Shown: positions 1 through 10,070 of the stretch, one piece after another
How the letters are laid out: each line of letters opens with the position of its first letter
Position numbering within the stretch: position 1 is the stretch's first letter
Assembly: GCA_963713975.1 (NCBI GenBank)
Contig: OY970218.1
Location: forward strand, 288,001-352,000
Source of the DNA: an uncultured Chloroflexia bacterium
Lineage (GTDB): Bacteria; Chloroflexota; Limnocylindria; Limnocylindrales; CSP1-4
Length of the DNA: 64,000 nt
Reading direction: 5' to 3'
Position numbers and translations under genes: made by a program
Notes under the pieces: generated by a model
Seen by the model: the letters and a program-made list of their open reading frames with translations, nothing else
Database searches by the model: none
What the model was told of the DNA's origin: nothing

Positions 1-331
1 CCTGGCCCAGCAGCAGGTAGTCGCCGTTCTCCATCGGCGCGAAGGTGGACGACATCAGCAGGGGCATGAAGCCGTGTCGGACGAGGTCAAGCTCCTGGAC
101 GATGTCCGGGCGGAGCAGGGACAGGGCGTAGCTGAACGTCGTGAACGAGAAGCCGGGGCGGAGCTCCTCGGTGATGGCCGCTCCGCCGACCAGCGGGCGC
201 CGTTCGAGCACCAACGTCCGCAGGCCGGACTTCGCGAGGTACGCGGCGTTGACGAGCCCGTTGTGCCCGCCGCCGACGACGATGGCGTCCCAGGTGCGGT
301 CGGTACGGGAGGTGCGATCGGTCTTCGACAT
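1..331 (-). CDS. NAD(P)/FAD-dependent oxidoreductase, phytoene dehydrogenase-like (N-terminal part; runs off the window edge)
   Basis: Not in the ORF track. Manual minus-strand translation from ATG at 331 gives MSKTDRTSRTDRTWDAIVVGGGHNGLVNAAYLAKSGLRTLVLERRPLVGGAAITEE, a Rossmann GxGxxG/GG motif. Starts 2 bp after the upstream stop. Confidence 0.88.
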   Translation of the reverse strand, partial: MSKTDRTSRTDRTWDAIVVGGGHNGLVNAAYLAKSGLRTLVLERRPLVGGAAITEELRPGFSFTTFSYALSLLRPDIVQELDLVRHGFMPLLMSSTFAPMENGDYLLLGQ

Positions 332-333
332 GG

Positions 334-1536
334 TCAGGCCGTCTTCCGCTGCGGGTTGTAGTGGGGAAGGCGCGCGGTCTGCGCGGCGACGTGCACGTAG
401 CGATGGTTGATCGGGATCTCCAGGTTGACCCTGGAGCCGGCGACCGCCGAGGCGACCGGCACGCGGGCGATGCCGATGTGGCGCTGGAGGACCGGCGAGT
501 ACATGAAGCTGGTCGCGAAGCCCACCTGCTCCCCGTCGTCGTCGTACAGGAACATCTCCTCCTGGACAGGCGTGTGATCCATCGGTGGGACCAGCCCCGC
601 CTCGTCGTGGAGCCGGTTCCAGTCCCGGTAGTCCACCACGATCCCGGTCGTCCGGAAGCGCGAGGCCTTGCCGGCGATCTCGCGACGGATGGCGTCGCGA
701 CCGATGAACCGGCGGTCGTCCGTGTCGACGCCACGGAGCATCCAGGCCAGGCCCATCTCGCTGGGGGTGGCCCGGTCCGCGTCGGTCCATGCGAAGCGGC
801 TGGACGCGAAGTCCACGTCCAGGAGCAGTAGCCCCGCCTCGATGCGCGTCATGTACAGGGCCTGGAGCCCGAAGGGCATCACGCCGTACCCGCGCGTCGC
901 CGCCCAGACCGCGTCCCAGACCGGGAGCGCGTCCTCGGCGCGGCACCAGACCTCGTAGCCAAGGTCCCCGGTGTAGCCCGTGCGCGACACGTGGACCTTG
1001 TGGCCGCCGATCCTGGCCTTGCGATGCTCGAAGTAGTCGAGCCTGCCGATCCCCTTGTCCAGGCCCTCGAGGAGCAGCCGCGAACGGGGTCCCTGGAGGG
1101 ACAGGACGGCCCACTCGTCCGACACGTCCTCGATGACCACGGCATCGCGGGGACCGACCAGGTCCGCGAAGTAGGCGAGGTTGGGTTCCGCGGCGGTCAG
1201 GACGAACTCGTCGTCCGCGTGCCGGAGCAGGACGCCGTCCTCCACCAGGAACCCCCGGTCGTCACACCAGATCGTGTACTGGGCCTCGCCCGGCTTGAGG
1301 GTCCGCGGGTCGCGGGCGAGGACCCCGGCCAGGAACCGCTCCGCACCGGGACCCGAGAAGCGGTACTTGAACAGCGGCGAGGTGTCGAGGAGGCCGGCGG
1401 CATTGCGCACGGCGACGTACTCGAACTTCTCGCTCAGCTGGTACTTCTCCGCGGCCAGCCGGCCGGACCAGTGACTCCAGAGGCCGGTCTCGTTGAGCGC
1501 GGACGTGCGCTCGTGGAACGGTGTGGTACGGATCAT
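334..1536 (-). CDS. Aminomethyltransferase family protein (GcvT-like, folate-binding)
   Basis: RTTPFH start, AVRNAAGLLDTS, LSLQGPRS, SRTGYTGDLGYEVW and RIEAG motifs; AGGAG upstream. Confidence 0.9.
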   Translation of the reverse strand: MIRTTPFHERTSALNETGLWSHWSGRLAAEKYQLSEKFEYVAVRNAAGLLDTSPLFKYRFSGPGAERFLAGVLARDPRTLKPGEAQYTIWCDDRGFLVEDGVLLRHADDEFVLTAAEPNLAYFADLVGPRDAVVIEDVSDEWAVLSLQGPRSRLLLEGLDKGIGRLDYFEHRKARIGGHKVHVSRTGYTGDLGYEVWCRAEDALPVWDAVWAATRGYGVMPFGLQALYMTRIEAGLLLLDVDFASSRFAWTDADRATPSEMGLAWMLRGVDTDDRRFIGRDAIRREIAGKASRFRTTGIVVDYRDWNRLHDEAGLVPPMDHTPVQEEMFLYDDDGEQVGFATSFMYSPVLQRHIGIARVPVASAVAGSRVNLEIPINHRYVHVAAQTARLPHYNPQRKTA

Positions 1537-1621
1537 CGGGACGCGCTCCTACCTCCCTGCGGGGTCCGTGCACGGTAGCGCGTCGAGGCCCCGGTGGGCA
1601 GCAGGTGTTGCCGCAGGTGGA

Positions 1622-2104
1622 TCAGGCGGTTGCGAGCTCCTCGCCGGGCGGCTCGCTCGAGATCCCCCAGCCGCCGAAGACCGCGGTGCCCTCCAGGCGG
1701 AGCACCGGGGCCCCCTCGTCGCGGTTGCCGTCCGGGCGGCTGTCGCCTGCGCCACCGATCCCGACCAGCTTTGTCTCGACCCGCCAGTCCTCCGGGACCA
1801 CCAGGCTGCCGCCCCCGAACAACGCGTTGACCCGGAGGGTCGCACCGGCCGGGTCCAGCGTCGCCCCGCGCAGGTCGACCGTCCCTCCACCGAACCAGGT
1901 CGTCACGCTACCGCCGCGGAACGCGCCGGCCGCGCTCTTGAACTCGAGTGGACCGAAGGTCGCGACGAGGTCGACCTCGTCCGCCGCGGGATCCTGGTCG
2001 ACCGCCTTCCGGCCCTTGAGCTTCGCGTAGATGACCGCGCCCATGACGAACACGAACCAGCCGAACAGGAGAATGGAGGCGACGCGAGCAAGACGACCGA
2101 GCAT
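1622..2104 (-). CDS. Membrane-anchored LiaF/DUF2154-like beta-solenoid protein
   Basis: N-terminal TM segment then FGGGTVDLR, FGGGSLVVPEDWRV and VFGG repeats; start moved to ATG at 2104. Confidence 0.7.
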   Translation of the reverse strand: MLGRLARVASILLFGWFVFVMGAVIYAKLKGRKAVDQDPAADEVDLVATFGPLEFKSAAGAFRGGSVTTWFGGGTVDLRGATLDPAGATLRVNALFGGGSLVVPEDWRVETKLVGIGGAGDSRPDGNRDEGAPVLRLEGTAVFGGWGISSEPPGEELATA

Positions 2105-2327
2105 CGTGGATACCCCGAGGCGAGCGGCCGCGCGAGTGCAGCCGGTTGGCCACCAGCATCGCCGCTGCCCGGGTCCGCGTAAAGGGCCGGGCAGCCTCGC
2201 CACGCCCGTCGGATTCGCCAGGTTCACCCTGTCCCGGTATCGTTGCGCCCTCAACTCGTGTTCGATGGGCGCCCCCGGTCGGCGCCCCGGTCTTCACTCG
2301 ACCGCCTGATCCCGACCCCCAACCCGC

Positions 2328-2368
2328 CCTGACCGGAGCCCGCCGCGCGGGAATGGGCCCGTCAGGAG
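2328..2368 (+). promoter_or_regulatory. Putative 5'-UTR hairpin overlapping the helicase Shine-Dalgarno
   Basis: CCTGAC (2328-2333) pairs with GTCAGG (2361-2366); GCCC pairs with GGGC; AGGAG at 2364-2368 is partly inside the stem. Confidence 0.45.
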
Positions 2369-2378
2369 CGTTCCTTCC

Positions 2379-4079
2379 GTGTCGTTTGATGGTCTCGGGC
2401 TGTCGCCCGAGCTTCTCCGCGCCGTAGCCGACCAGGGCTACGAGACCCCAACCCCCGTCCAGCAGGCGGCGATCCCACTCGTCCTAGAGGGACGTGACCT
2501 GCTCGCCGGCGCCCAGACCGGCACCGGCAAGACGGCCGCGTTCGTGCTTCCGATCATCCACCGCCTCCACGAGACCCGGCGCGACGGCACGGGCCGCCAC
2601 CACATCCGCGTGCTCGTCGTGGTGCCCACCCGAGAGCTCGCCATCCAGGTCGAGGAGTCGGTCCGAACGTACGGCTCCCATCGGCCGGTGCGCTCCGCAA
2701 CCGTCTACGGCGGCGTCGGCTTCGGACCGCAGCTGACGAAGCTGCGCGCCGGCCCGGAGATCGTGGTCGCCACACCGGGGCGCCTCCTCGATCACGTCTC
2801 GCAGCGGACCATCGACCTCTCGCACGTCGAGGTCCTCGTCCTCGACGAGGCGGACCGGATGCTCGACATGGGCTTCATCCGGGACATCCGCAAGATCCTC
2901 GCCCTGCTGCCCGCGAAGCGCCAGAACCTGCTGTTCTCGGCCACCTTCTCCGATGACATCCGCGACCTCGCGGGCGGCTTGCTGGACAACCCCGCACATG
3001 TCCAGGTCACACCCCGGAACAGCACCACGGAGCTCATCGACCAGCTGGTCATCCCCGTAGATCGCGAGCGCAAGCGAGACCTCCTGCGGGAGCTCGTCGC
3101 CCTGGGCCGCGTGCGCCAGGCCTTGGTGTTCACCCGAACCAAGCACGGTGCCAACCGCCTCGCCGAGCAGCTCCGCAAGGACGGCATCGAAGCGGCGGCG
3201 ATCCACGGCAACCGCAGCCAGTCGCAGCGCGTGAAGGCCCTCTCGGACTTCAAGACGGGACGCGTCGCCATCCTCGTCGCCACCGACATCGCCGCCCGAG
3301 GCCTCGACATCGAGCAGCTGCCGCACGTCGTCAACTTCGAGCTGCCGATGGTGCCCGAGGACTACGTCCACCGGATCGGCCGGACCGGGCGCGCGGGCGT
3401 CGACGGCCAGGCGATCTCACTCGTCTGCGTCGACGAGACGCCGCTGCTCCGCGCGATCCAGGGCCTGCTCAAGCGCGTGATCCCGTCCGAGGTCATCGCG
3501 GGCTTCGAGCCCGACCGCAGCATCCGGCCCGAGGCGATCCGGCTCAGGTCCACACCTGCCGAGCGACGCCAGTTCGCCATCGAGCGTGCGGAACGCGCTC
3601 CTGCGGCCCGGGGCGGCGCGCCCCGCGGGTACGAGGCGGCGCCTGTACGGCATGCCGGGGCAGCGCGCGAGGAGACGGCCGCGACCTCGGCCCGAGCCCA
3701 GGGACCGGCCCACGGACACGCACCGGGTCGACCGGGCGCCGGCGAGCGATCCGGCCGCCGGGGCCAGCAGCCATCCCGCGGCCAGTCCGGGCGGGGCGGC
3801 CATGGTGGCGGTCACGCGGGCGGACGGACGACCCAGGCACCGGGCACCGGGATCGGCAACGGGATGGCCCGGCCCGCCGGCCCGCATCGCACCCAGCCGG
3901 GCGGCCACCGCCCACGGCCCGGGGGACCCCAGGATCGAGGCGATCGCCGGGACAGCCGCCGGGACGGCCAGCCCGCCGGCGGGTCTCAGCGCGGCTCGAC
4001 GGGCCCGAGGTCCGCGGGACCCGGCCAGGTCCGGGCGATGCCGGGCGAACGCCTCCGGCGCCTCGCTCCGGAGGCCTGA
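2379..4079 (+). CDS. rhlE: DEAD-box RNA helicase, RhlE-like, with long Arg/Gly-rich C-terminal tail
   Basis: Q motif, [41 protein letters not shown]; FEPD after the core. Confidence 0.93.
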   Translation: MSFDGLGLSPELLRAVADQGYETPTPVQQAAIPLVLEGRDLLAGAQTGTGKTAAFVLPIIHRLHETRRDGTGRHHIRVLVVVPTRELAIQVEESVRTYGSHRPVRSATVYGGVGFGPQLTKLRAGPEIVVATPGRLLDHVSQRTIDLSHVEVLVLDEADRMLDMGFIRDIRKILALLPAKRQNLLFSATFSDDIRDLAGGLLDNPAHVQVTPRNSTTELIDQLVIPVDRERKRDLLRELVALGRVRQALVFTRTKHGANRLAEQLRKDGIEAAAIHGNRSQSQRVKALSDFKTGRVAILVATDIAARGLDIEQLPHVVNFELPMVPEDYVHRIGRTGRAGVDGQAISLVCVDETPLLRAIQGLLKRVIPSEVIAGFEPDRSIRPEAIRLRSTPAERRQFAIERAERAPAARGGAPRGYEAAPVRHAGAAREETAATSARAQGPAHGHAPGRPGAGERSGRRGQQPSRGQSGRGGHGGGHAGGRTTQAPGTGIGNGMARPAGPHRTQPGGHRPRPGGPQDRGDRRDSRRDGQPAGGSQRGSTGPRSAGPGQVRAMPGERLRRLAPEA

Positions 4080-4092
4080 TCCCCGCTCGCGA

Positions 4093-5274
4093 TCAGATGC
4101 CGCCTGCGGCGGCCTCGATCGTAGGCGGCACGCCGATCGACGCGCCCTCGCCCTTGAGCCACGCTCGCAGGCTGGCTCGCCAGATGGCCCGCTCGTGGTA
4201 GCTGCCGTTGGCCTGTAAGCCGTCGAAGCCACCGGTCCGGATCAGCGTCTCCAGGATCGGGGCCAACTGCGACCCGTAGACGTGCATGCAGGGCTCGGGA
4301 CGCACACCCGGCCATGAGTAGCAGGTGACGGTCGTTCGTCGTTGATCCGTGGGGATCTCGGGCGGGAGACGGTCCCAGGCCGGATCGTCGGGCGAGAACT
4401 CCCACTGGTCCAGGTCGCCCTGCGGGATCCCCTCGATCCCACGCACGGTCACCGGGTCGTTGTCCAGGAGGTACGGGTCCACGACCAGGTCGCAGATGAC
4501 GCCGTGCGCCGGCATCAGGCCGATCCAACTGTTGGGGATCAGCGGGACCGACGCGTCGCGTCTCTGGGTGGCGTCGACCAGGATGTCCGTCATCGTCAGG
4601 CGGCCCCGCAGGTAGTCCGGATCGCGGGTCAGGTTGCGCCCGACCGTGGCGACCTCCACGCCAGCCAGTCCGCTGCGCATGAATGCCTCGTTGCGGGCGT
4701 CGTCGCCGTACTTCGTCGCGAAGTCCACAGCGTGCTTGCCCACCGTGCCGGTGCCCATGATGGTCACCCGCACCGGGGGGCGCCCGCGGACGGTCATCGC
4801 CGGCCAGTAGCGCTCCAGGGCCTGGAACGCCGAGCCGATCCCGTTCCAGGCGACACTGCGCAGGTTCTCGATCAGCCGCCTGCCCTCGTCGTCGACGATG
4901 GTGTCGAGGCTGATGGCGTCCACGCCGAGGTCCGCCAGGGTCTGCACGCGGGCCGGCCGGGTCGGGAAGTGGAGCATGGAGACCAGGACGGCACCGCGGC
5001 GCAGTCGCTCGTAGTGACCCTCGGGCGCACGGAGGGCAACGACGATGTCCTGCTGGTATGCGGTGTCCTCGTCGGTCGCGTGGACGTGCGGCGAGATCGA
5101 CGTGTAGTCGGTGTCGTCATAGCCCATCCCTGAGCCGACGCCGGACTCCACGAACACGTCCGCCCCGAGCCCGACCAGGAGGCCGATCAGGGGTGGCAGG
5201 AAGTCCCGACGCTCGCCCGGCTCCTTGTGCATCCGGGGAAAGCCGACCGTCATCCGGCCAGACGCATCTGCCAT
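4093..5274 (-). CDS. Alanine dehydrogenase/PNT-like NAD-dependent oxidoreductase
   Basis: GFPRMHKEPGERR N-terminus, VFVESGVGSGMGYDD, Rossmann GTGTVG, VICDLVVD. Confidence 0.7.
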   Translation of the reverse strand: MADASGRMTVGFPRMHKEPGERRDFLPPLIGLLVGLGADVFVESGVGSGMGYDDTDYTSISPHVHATDEDTAYQQDIVVALRAPEGHYERLRRGAVLVSMLHFPTRPARVQTLADLGVDAISLDTIVDDEGRRLIENLRSVAWNGIGSAFQALERYWPAMTVRGRPPVRVTIMGTGTVGKHAVDFATKYGDDARNEAFMRSGLAGVEVATVGRNLTRDPDYLRGRLTMTDILVDATQRRDASVPLIPNSWIGLMPAHGVICDLVVDPYLLDNDPVTVRGIEGIPQGDLDQWEFSPDDPAWDRLPPEIPTDQRRTTVTCYSWPGVRPEPCMHVYGSQLAPILETLIRTGGFDGLQANGSYHERAIWRASLRAWLKGEGASIGVPPTIEAAAGGI

Positions 5275-5452
5275 GGCACCGCTCCGCTACGGGTGGGCTC
5301 CAACCCTATTGTGGGCGCTCCGGAGCCGCCGCGGCCGAGCGGCCCGATAGGACCGGCCATCGGACCCCAACCTCCATCGCAGCGACCCGGCGGTCACCGC
5401 GCGCGGCCGACTCGCGTGCGCGCCTGTTCTCGCATGCCCGTAGACTTCCGCC

Positions 5453-6298
5453 ATGCCGCTGTACCACCTCGAGGAACCGCTGGCCATCCTGCACGAGCCG
5501 GTCGTGGTCGCCGCGTTCGACGGCTGGGTCGACGCCGGGTCTGCCGCGACCAGCGTCATCGGGATCCTGGGCGAGAGCGCGCCGGTCATCGCCCGTTTCG
5601 ACTCCGACCAGCTGTTCGACTACCGCTCCCGTCGTCCGACCCTCGAGATCCAGGACGGCCGGCTCGCCTCCCTGGACTGGCCCGAGATGACGCTGCGAGC
5701 AGCACGCTTCGGGGGGCGTGACATCCTCGTCTTCACCGGCGCGGAACCCGATGACCGCTGGCGACGCTTCGCCGTGGAAACCGTGGAGCTGCTTGCCCGA
5801 CTCGACGTGCGGGAATGGATCAGCCTGGGGGCGATCCCGGCCGCGGTCGCGCACACCCGGTCCGTGCCGATCCTCGGGACGGCGTCGCGCCCCGGCCTCC
5901 TGCGCGGAGGGGTGAGCCCCGGTCCAACTGGGCTGCTCAAGGTGCCGGCGGCCGCGCTGTCGATGCTGGAGATGACGGTGGCGGAGGCCGGCGTTCCCGC
6001 CGTTGGCTACTTCGCCCAGATCCCCCACTACGTCACGGGGTCGTACGCGCTCGCCGCGCTGGAGCTCATGAAGACGCTCGAGCAGCATCTCGCCCTGTCA
6101 CTGCCGCGGGGAGATCTCGTCGAGGAGAGCCGGCAGCTGCGCATGCGCCTGGACGCCGCCACGGCCGCCGATGAGGCCACCCGCGCCTACGTGGAGCGGC
6201 TGGAGGCGATGGTGGACGAGTCACGCCAGCCGGCCGGCGACGACCTGATCGCGGACATCGAGCGCTTCCTGCGCGACCGGAGCGGCGAGGGCTCCTGA
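5453..6298 (+). CDS. PAC2 family protein (proteasome assembly chaperone-like)
   Basis: AFDGWVDAGSAA, FDYRSRRP, GAEPDDRW, AHTR, QIPHY, YVERLE, IERFLR. Confidence 0.88.
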   Translation: MPLYHLEEPLAILHEPVVVAAFDGWVDAGSAATSVIGILGESAPVIARFDSDQLFDYRSRRPTLEIQDGRLASLDWPEMTLRAARFGGRDILVFTGAEPDDRWRRFAVETVELLARLDVREWISLGAIPAAVAHTRSVPILGTASRPGLLRGGVSPGPTGLLKVPAAALSMLEMTVAEAGVPAVGYFAQIPHYVTGSYALAALELMKTLEQHLALSLPRGDLVEESRQLRMRLDAATAADEATRAYVERLEAMVDESRQPAGDDLIADIERFLRDRSGEGS

Positions 6299-6325
6299 CG
6301 CAGGCGCGGTCGCGTGCGGGCGGGC

Positions 6326-6535
6326 GTGCGTCGCGCGCACAGCAGCGACACCGCGGGCCGGCGCGCGGGCCGGCGCGCGTCGCGCGCACGGTTTTCGAGC
6401 ACTAGATGTCCCGGGCGTACGCCCTGCGCACCCCCAAGGCGGAACAGCAAGGAAACGCCGCCCCGACACCGCCCGGAACGTGCTTCCCCCGCACGTCCCG
6501 ACCGCACAGGAGCGGAATTCGTGCGTGGCGCGCAC
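6326..6535. repeat. Three copies of a short palindromic motif G(T/C)GCGT(C/G)GCGCGCAC, REP-like
   Basis: Copies at 6326-6340, 6375-6389 and 6521-6535 in a 434-bp gap between convergent genes. Confidence 0.45.
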
Positions 6536-6732
6536 GGCGATGTCGCGTCGTTGCCGAGCGCGGCGCCTTTCCGCCCGCATCAACCCCTGAGCACTCAGGC
6601 GGTGCAGGGAACCGCGACGGACCAGGTCGACCGGCCAGCGGCTCATCCGTTGCAGGCCTGGCCCATGGGCGTAACGGCTGCACGGCCCCGCGAGCGACCT
6701 TCGCCCCGGCGGGATCGTGGCGCCGGCCTCGC

Positions 6733-8823
6733 CTAGTAGCGCTCCCGGCGAACCATCACCTTTTGGCCGCGGATCGTTGCCGCCCGGAGGGCGCGGATCA
6801 CGTGGTCGGCAGAAGCCTCGGGGACGTCCACGAGGGAGAAGCCGTCGGCGATCTGGATCGCCCCGACGTCGCCACCCCGCAGGCCGGCCTCGTTGGTGAT
6901 CGCGCCCACCAGGTCTCCCGGACGCATCCCCGCCGCGCGCCCCGCGCCAACGAAGAGCCGCGTGATGCCGCCGCCGCCCGAACCGGTATTGGGTGCACGG
7001 AGGACCGGACGACCCTCTGGGTCGTGCCAGCCAGAGAGGCGGAACCCGCGGCGCGGACCACCGGTTGGAGCGGGTCGCCCGTGGCCTGGTCGCGGGTCGT
7101 ACGGTCGCCCCGGGCCAGGTCCCATCTGCTGGACCTGGAACTGGCCCTGGTCGGCGCCGAAGGGGGGCGGAGCGCCGACGCCCTGGCCGGAGGGACCGGG
7201 ACGATAGCGCGGGTCCCGACCCGGCTGTCCTTGGGCCTGCTGATACTGCGGCGGCACATCGTAGGGGCCGCGCGGTCCCGGTCGGCCCTGAGCGTAGCCA
7301 CGATCCTGGCCGTACGGACGCCTCCCGGGTCCGCGCTGGCCCGGGCGATCGAACGTGGGCAGGGAGGCTGGCGCGAGCTCAGCGGTGTCCTCCGCCCCGC
7401 GCGCCTCTGCGTCGGCCTGGCTGATGGCTGCCAGGGCGATGTCCACGAGGTCGAACTCCCCCGAGAGCGGCTCCACCACGGCGCGGTAGCGGTCGAAGTC
7501 GCCGGCAACCAGAGCCTCGCGCAGCTGGGCACGCAGGAGATCCATCCGGTGCTCCCGGACGTCGGAGATGGTCGGCAGGCCGGCGATCTCCAGCGGCTGG
7601 CCGATCGCGCGCTCGATGTCGCGCAGCAACCGGTGCTCGCGCGGCTCAACGAGCGTGATCGCCACGCCCTCGCGCCCGGCGCGCCCGGTCCGCCCGATCC
7701 GGTGGACATAGACGTCCGTCGACGAGGGGACGTCGTAGTTGACGACATGGCTGATGTGGCCGATGTCGAGCCCGCGGGCCGCGACGTCGGTGGCGACGAG
7801 CACGTCCAGGGCACCATCGCGGAAGCGACCCATGATCCGGTCCCGCTGCTCCTGCGAGAGCCCGCCGTGCAGGGCTGCCGCGTCCCGCCCGCGGCCGGAG
7901 AGCGCCTCGGCGAGGTCGTCGACCTCACCCCGGGTGCGGGCGAACACCAGGGTCGCGGCACCGTCCTCCAGGTCCAGGATCCGGCCGAGGGCGGCGAGCT
8001 TGTCCGAGCGACGCACGACGTACGCCACCTGGCGGACACGGGCGCTTTCCCCCTTGGCCTGGGGCGTCTCATGGACGCGGACCCGGATTGGTTCGGAGAG
8101 ATGGCGTTCGGCGAGGCGGGCGATCGGACCCGCGATCGTCGCCGAGAAGAGCGCGGTCTGGCGCTCCTTCCGGAGGGCGCCGAGGATCCGGTCCAGGTCG
8201 TCAGCGAAGCCCATGTCGAGCATCTCATCGGCCTCGTCGAGGACGACGGTATCGACCTCGTCGAAGCGGAGCGTGCCGCGGTCCAGGTGGTCGACGGCCC
8301 GACCCGGGGTCGCCACGACGACGTCCACGCCGCGTGCGAGGCGCGCGAGCTGGGTCGTGATCGGCTGGCCGCCGTAGACGGGGACGACGCGCACGCCGAG
8401 GTCCTTGCCGTAGCGGTGGATCGCCTCGGCGACCTGCATCGCGAGCTCGCGCGTCGGTGCCAGCACGAGCGACGACGGCCGGCTGCCACGGCCATCACGG
8501 GGGACGCCGCGACCACCGGCCGGGAGGCCAGCGGCACGAGCCTCGTCGAGACGACGGGCGAGGTGCTGCAGGATGGGCAGGGCGAAGGCGGCCGTCTTGC
8601 CGGTACCGGTCGGCGCCTCGGCGAGCAGGTCACGCCCCTCGAGCAGCGGCGGGATGGCGGCGAGCTGGACGGGTGTCGGCTCCTCGTAGCCGAGGGCGGC
8701 CAGCGTGCTCAGGAGACGGGGGTCGAGGCCCAGCGAGGTGAAGCCGGAGGCGTCGGGATCGGACGCCAGGTCGTCAGCGGGCGTGTCGGGAGCCTCGGCG
8801 GGCTCAGGGTGTTCTTCGTTCAC
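6733..8823 (-). CDS. deaD: DEAD-box RNA helicase DeaD/CsdA-like with C-terminal DbpA RNA-binding domain
   Basis: [34 protein letters not shown]; C-terminal RLFVGAGRAAGMRPGDLVGAITNEAG...FSLVDVP. Confidence 0.93.
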   Translation of the reverse strand: MNEEHPEPAEAPDTPADDLASDPDASGFTSLGLDPRLLSTLAALGYEEPTPVQLAAIPPLLEGRDLLAEAPTGTGKTAAFALPILQHLARRLDEARAAGLPAGGRGVPRDGRGSRPSSLVLAPTRELAMQVAEAIHRYGKDLGVRVVPVYGGQPITTQLARLARGVDVVVATPGRAVDHLDRGTLRFDEVDTVVLDEADEMLDMGFADDLDRILGALRKERQTALFSATIAGPIARLAERHLSEPIRVRVHETPQAKGESARVRQVAYVVRRSDKLAALGRILDLEDGAATLVFARTRGEVDDLAEALSGRGRDAAALHGGLSQEQRDRIMGRFRDGALDVLVATDVAARGLDIGHISHVVNYDVPSSTDVYVHRIGRTGRAGREGVAITLVEPREHRLLRDIERAIGQPLEIAGLPTISDVREHRMDLLRAQLREALVAGDFDRYRAVVEPLSGEFDLVDIALAAISQADAEARGAEDTAELAPASLPTFDRPGQRGPGRRPYGQDRGYAQGRPGPRGPYDVPPQYQQAQGQPGRDPRYRPGPSGQGVGAPPPFGADQGQFQVQQMGPGPGRPYDPRPGHGRPAPTGGPRRGFRLSGWHDPEGRPVLRAPNTGSGGGGITRLFVGAGRAAGMRPGDLVGAITNEAGLRGGDVGAIQIADGFSLVDVPEASADHVIRALRAATIRGQKVMVRRERY

Positions 8824-8902
8824 CCGTAGAGGGTAGCCCCGATCAGCAATCCGGCCCGCCGATGCGTCGACTCGCGTCGCATGCGGATGCGCACAAGGCC
8901 CG

Positions 8903-9982
8903 CTAGCGTGTCTCCGTCACCTTCCGGAGGCCACGGGGCTGCTCCGGGTCAAGGCCCCGCGCCAGCGCCAGGTGCATCGCGTGGAGCTGCGCCGGGACGA
9001 TCGCGGCGATCGGGCTCAGCCACTCCGCCAGACCCGACGGGACGGCCAGGGCCCAACGCCCCACGGCGCGCGCCTCGGCATCGTCGGAGAGGACCATCAC
9101 GTCGGCGCCCACATCCCGGCCCAGGGCTCGCACGGGATCCAGCAGCGCATCGCGGGCAGATCCCGCGACGATGGTGGCGAACACCGCCGACCCCGGTGAG
9201 AGCAGGGCGACGGGCCCGTGGGCGAAGTCCGCGGCGGAATAGGGGTCCGCCCAGAGCTGTGCGACCTCCTTGAGCTTGAGGCCCCATTCCCGCGCGGTCG
9301 CATACCCGAACCCGCGCCCCAGCACCACGGCCCTGTCCAGACCGGCCTGATCCGCGGCGATCCGCTGCGCGTCCGGCTCCGAGTCCAGTGCACGCCCCAG
9401 CGCGTCCGGCACCATGGCCAGCTCCGCTCGCGCGCCAGCATCGGCACCTGCCCCATCGAGCGCTGCCGACAGCAGCGCCACCGCGAGCAGCTCGGCCGTG
9501 TAGGTCTTGGTGGCCGCCACCGAGCGCTCCTCGCCGGCCCCGAGGTCCATGCAGTGCTCCGCGGCCATCGCGAGAGGCGAGCCCGGGTCGTTCGTGATCG
9601 CCATGGTCAGGGCGCCCTGGGCCCGGGCCGCCTCGACGACACCGACCACGTCCGGGCTGCGACCCGACTGGCTGAGGCCGATGACGAGGGCATTCCCATA
9701 GCGCGGGGACGCGCCGTAGAGGGTTACCAGCGATGGCGCCGCGAGCGCCACCGTGAGCCCGTTTCGCGCGCCAAGGACGTACTGGGCATACACGGCCGCG
9801 TGGTCCGACGTACCGCGCGCGGCGATCACAACCAGCCCGATTCCGCGCCGGCGGACGTCTGCAGCGACGGCTCGGGCGACAGGGTCGCCTGCGATGAGGA
9901 GGCGGGCGGCAACGTCCGGCTGCTCTCGGATCTCGGTGCGGAGCCGGCCGCCCGCGTGGCTGGGGACATCGTGATGCAACAT
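8903..9982 (-). CDS. SIS-domain sugar-phosphate isomerase/deaminase (GlmS isomerase-like)
   Basis: EIREQP, ARGTSDHA, SQSGRSPD, ATKTY, LKLKE, FAHGP, GLDPEQPRGLRKVTETR. Confidence 0.9.
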   Translation of the reverse strand: MLHHDVPSHAGGRLRTEIREQPDVAARLLIAGDPVARAVAADVRRRGIGLVVIAARGTSDHAAVYAQYVLGARNGLTVALAAPSLVTLYGASPRYGNALVIGLSQSGRSPDVVGVVEAARAQGALTMAITNDPGSPLAMAAEHCMDLGAGEERSVAATKTYTAELLAVALLSAALDGAGADAGARAELAMVPDALGRALDSEPDAQRIAADQAGLDRAVVLGRGFGYATAREWGLKLKEVAQLWADPYSAADFAHGPVALLSPGSAVFATIVAGSARDALLDPVRALGRDVGADVMVLSDDAEARAVGRWALAVPSGLAEWLSPIAAIVPAQLHAMHLALARGLDPEQPRGLRKVTETR

Positions 9983-10070
9983 CGGCCCATTGTCGCCCGA
10001 GTTCGCCCCGGGCGGGACTCGCGCACGGCGGGGCTCGCACCGGACGGCACCGCGCGGGATACTGGTCCCG

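Noticed and set aside
1537-1621. Possible glycine riboswitch upstream of the GcvT-like gene
   Set aside because: Only 85 bp and no recognisable GGAGA...GAAGG/CTCTCAGG aptamer core
6406-8829. 807-aa plus-strand ORF
   Set aside because: Antisense shadow of deaD; long stop-free reverse frames are expected at this GC content, and it has no motifs
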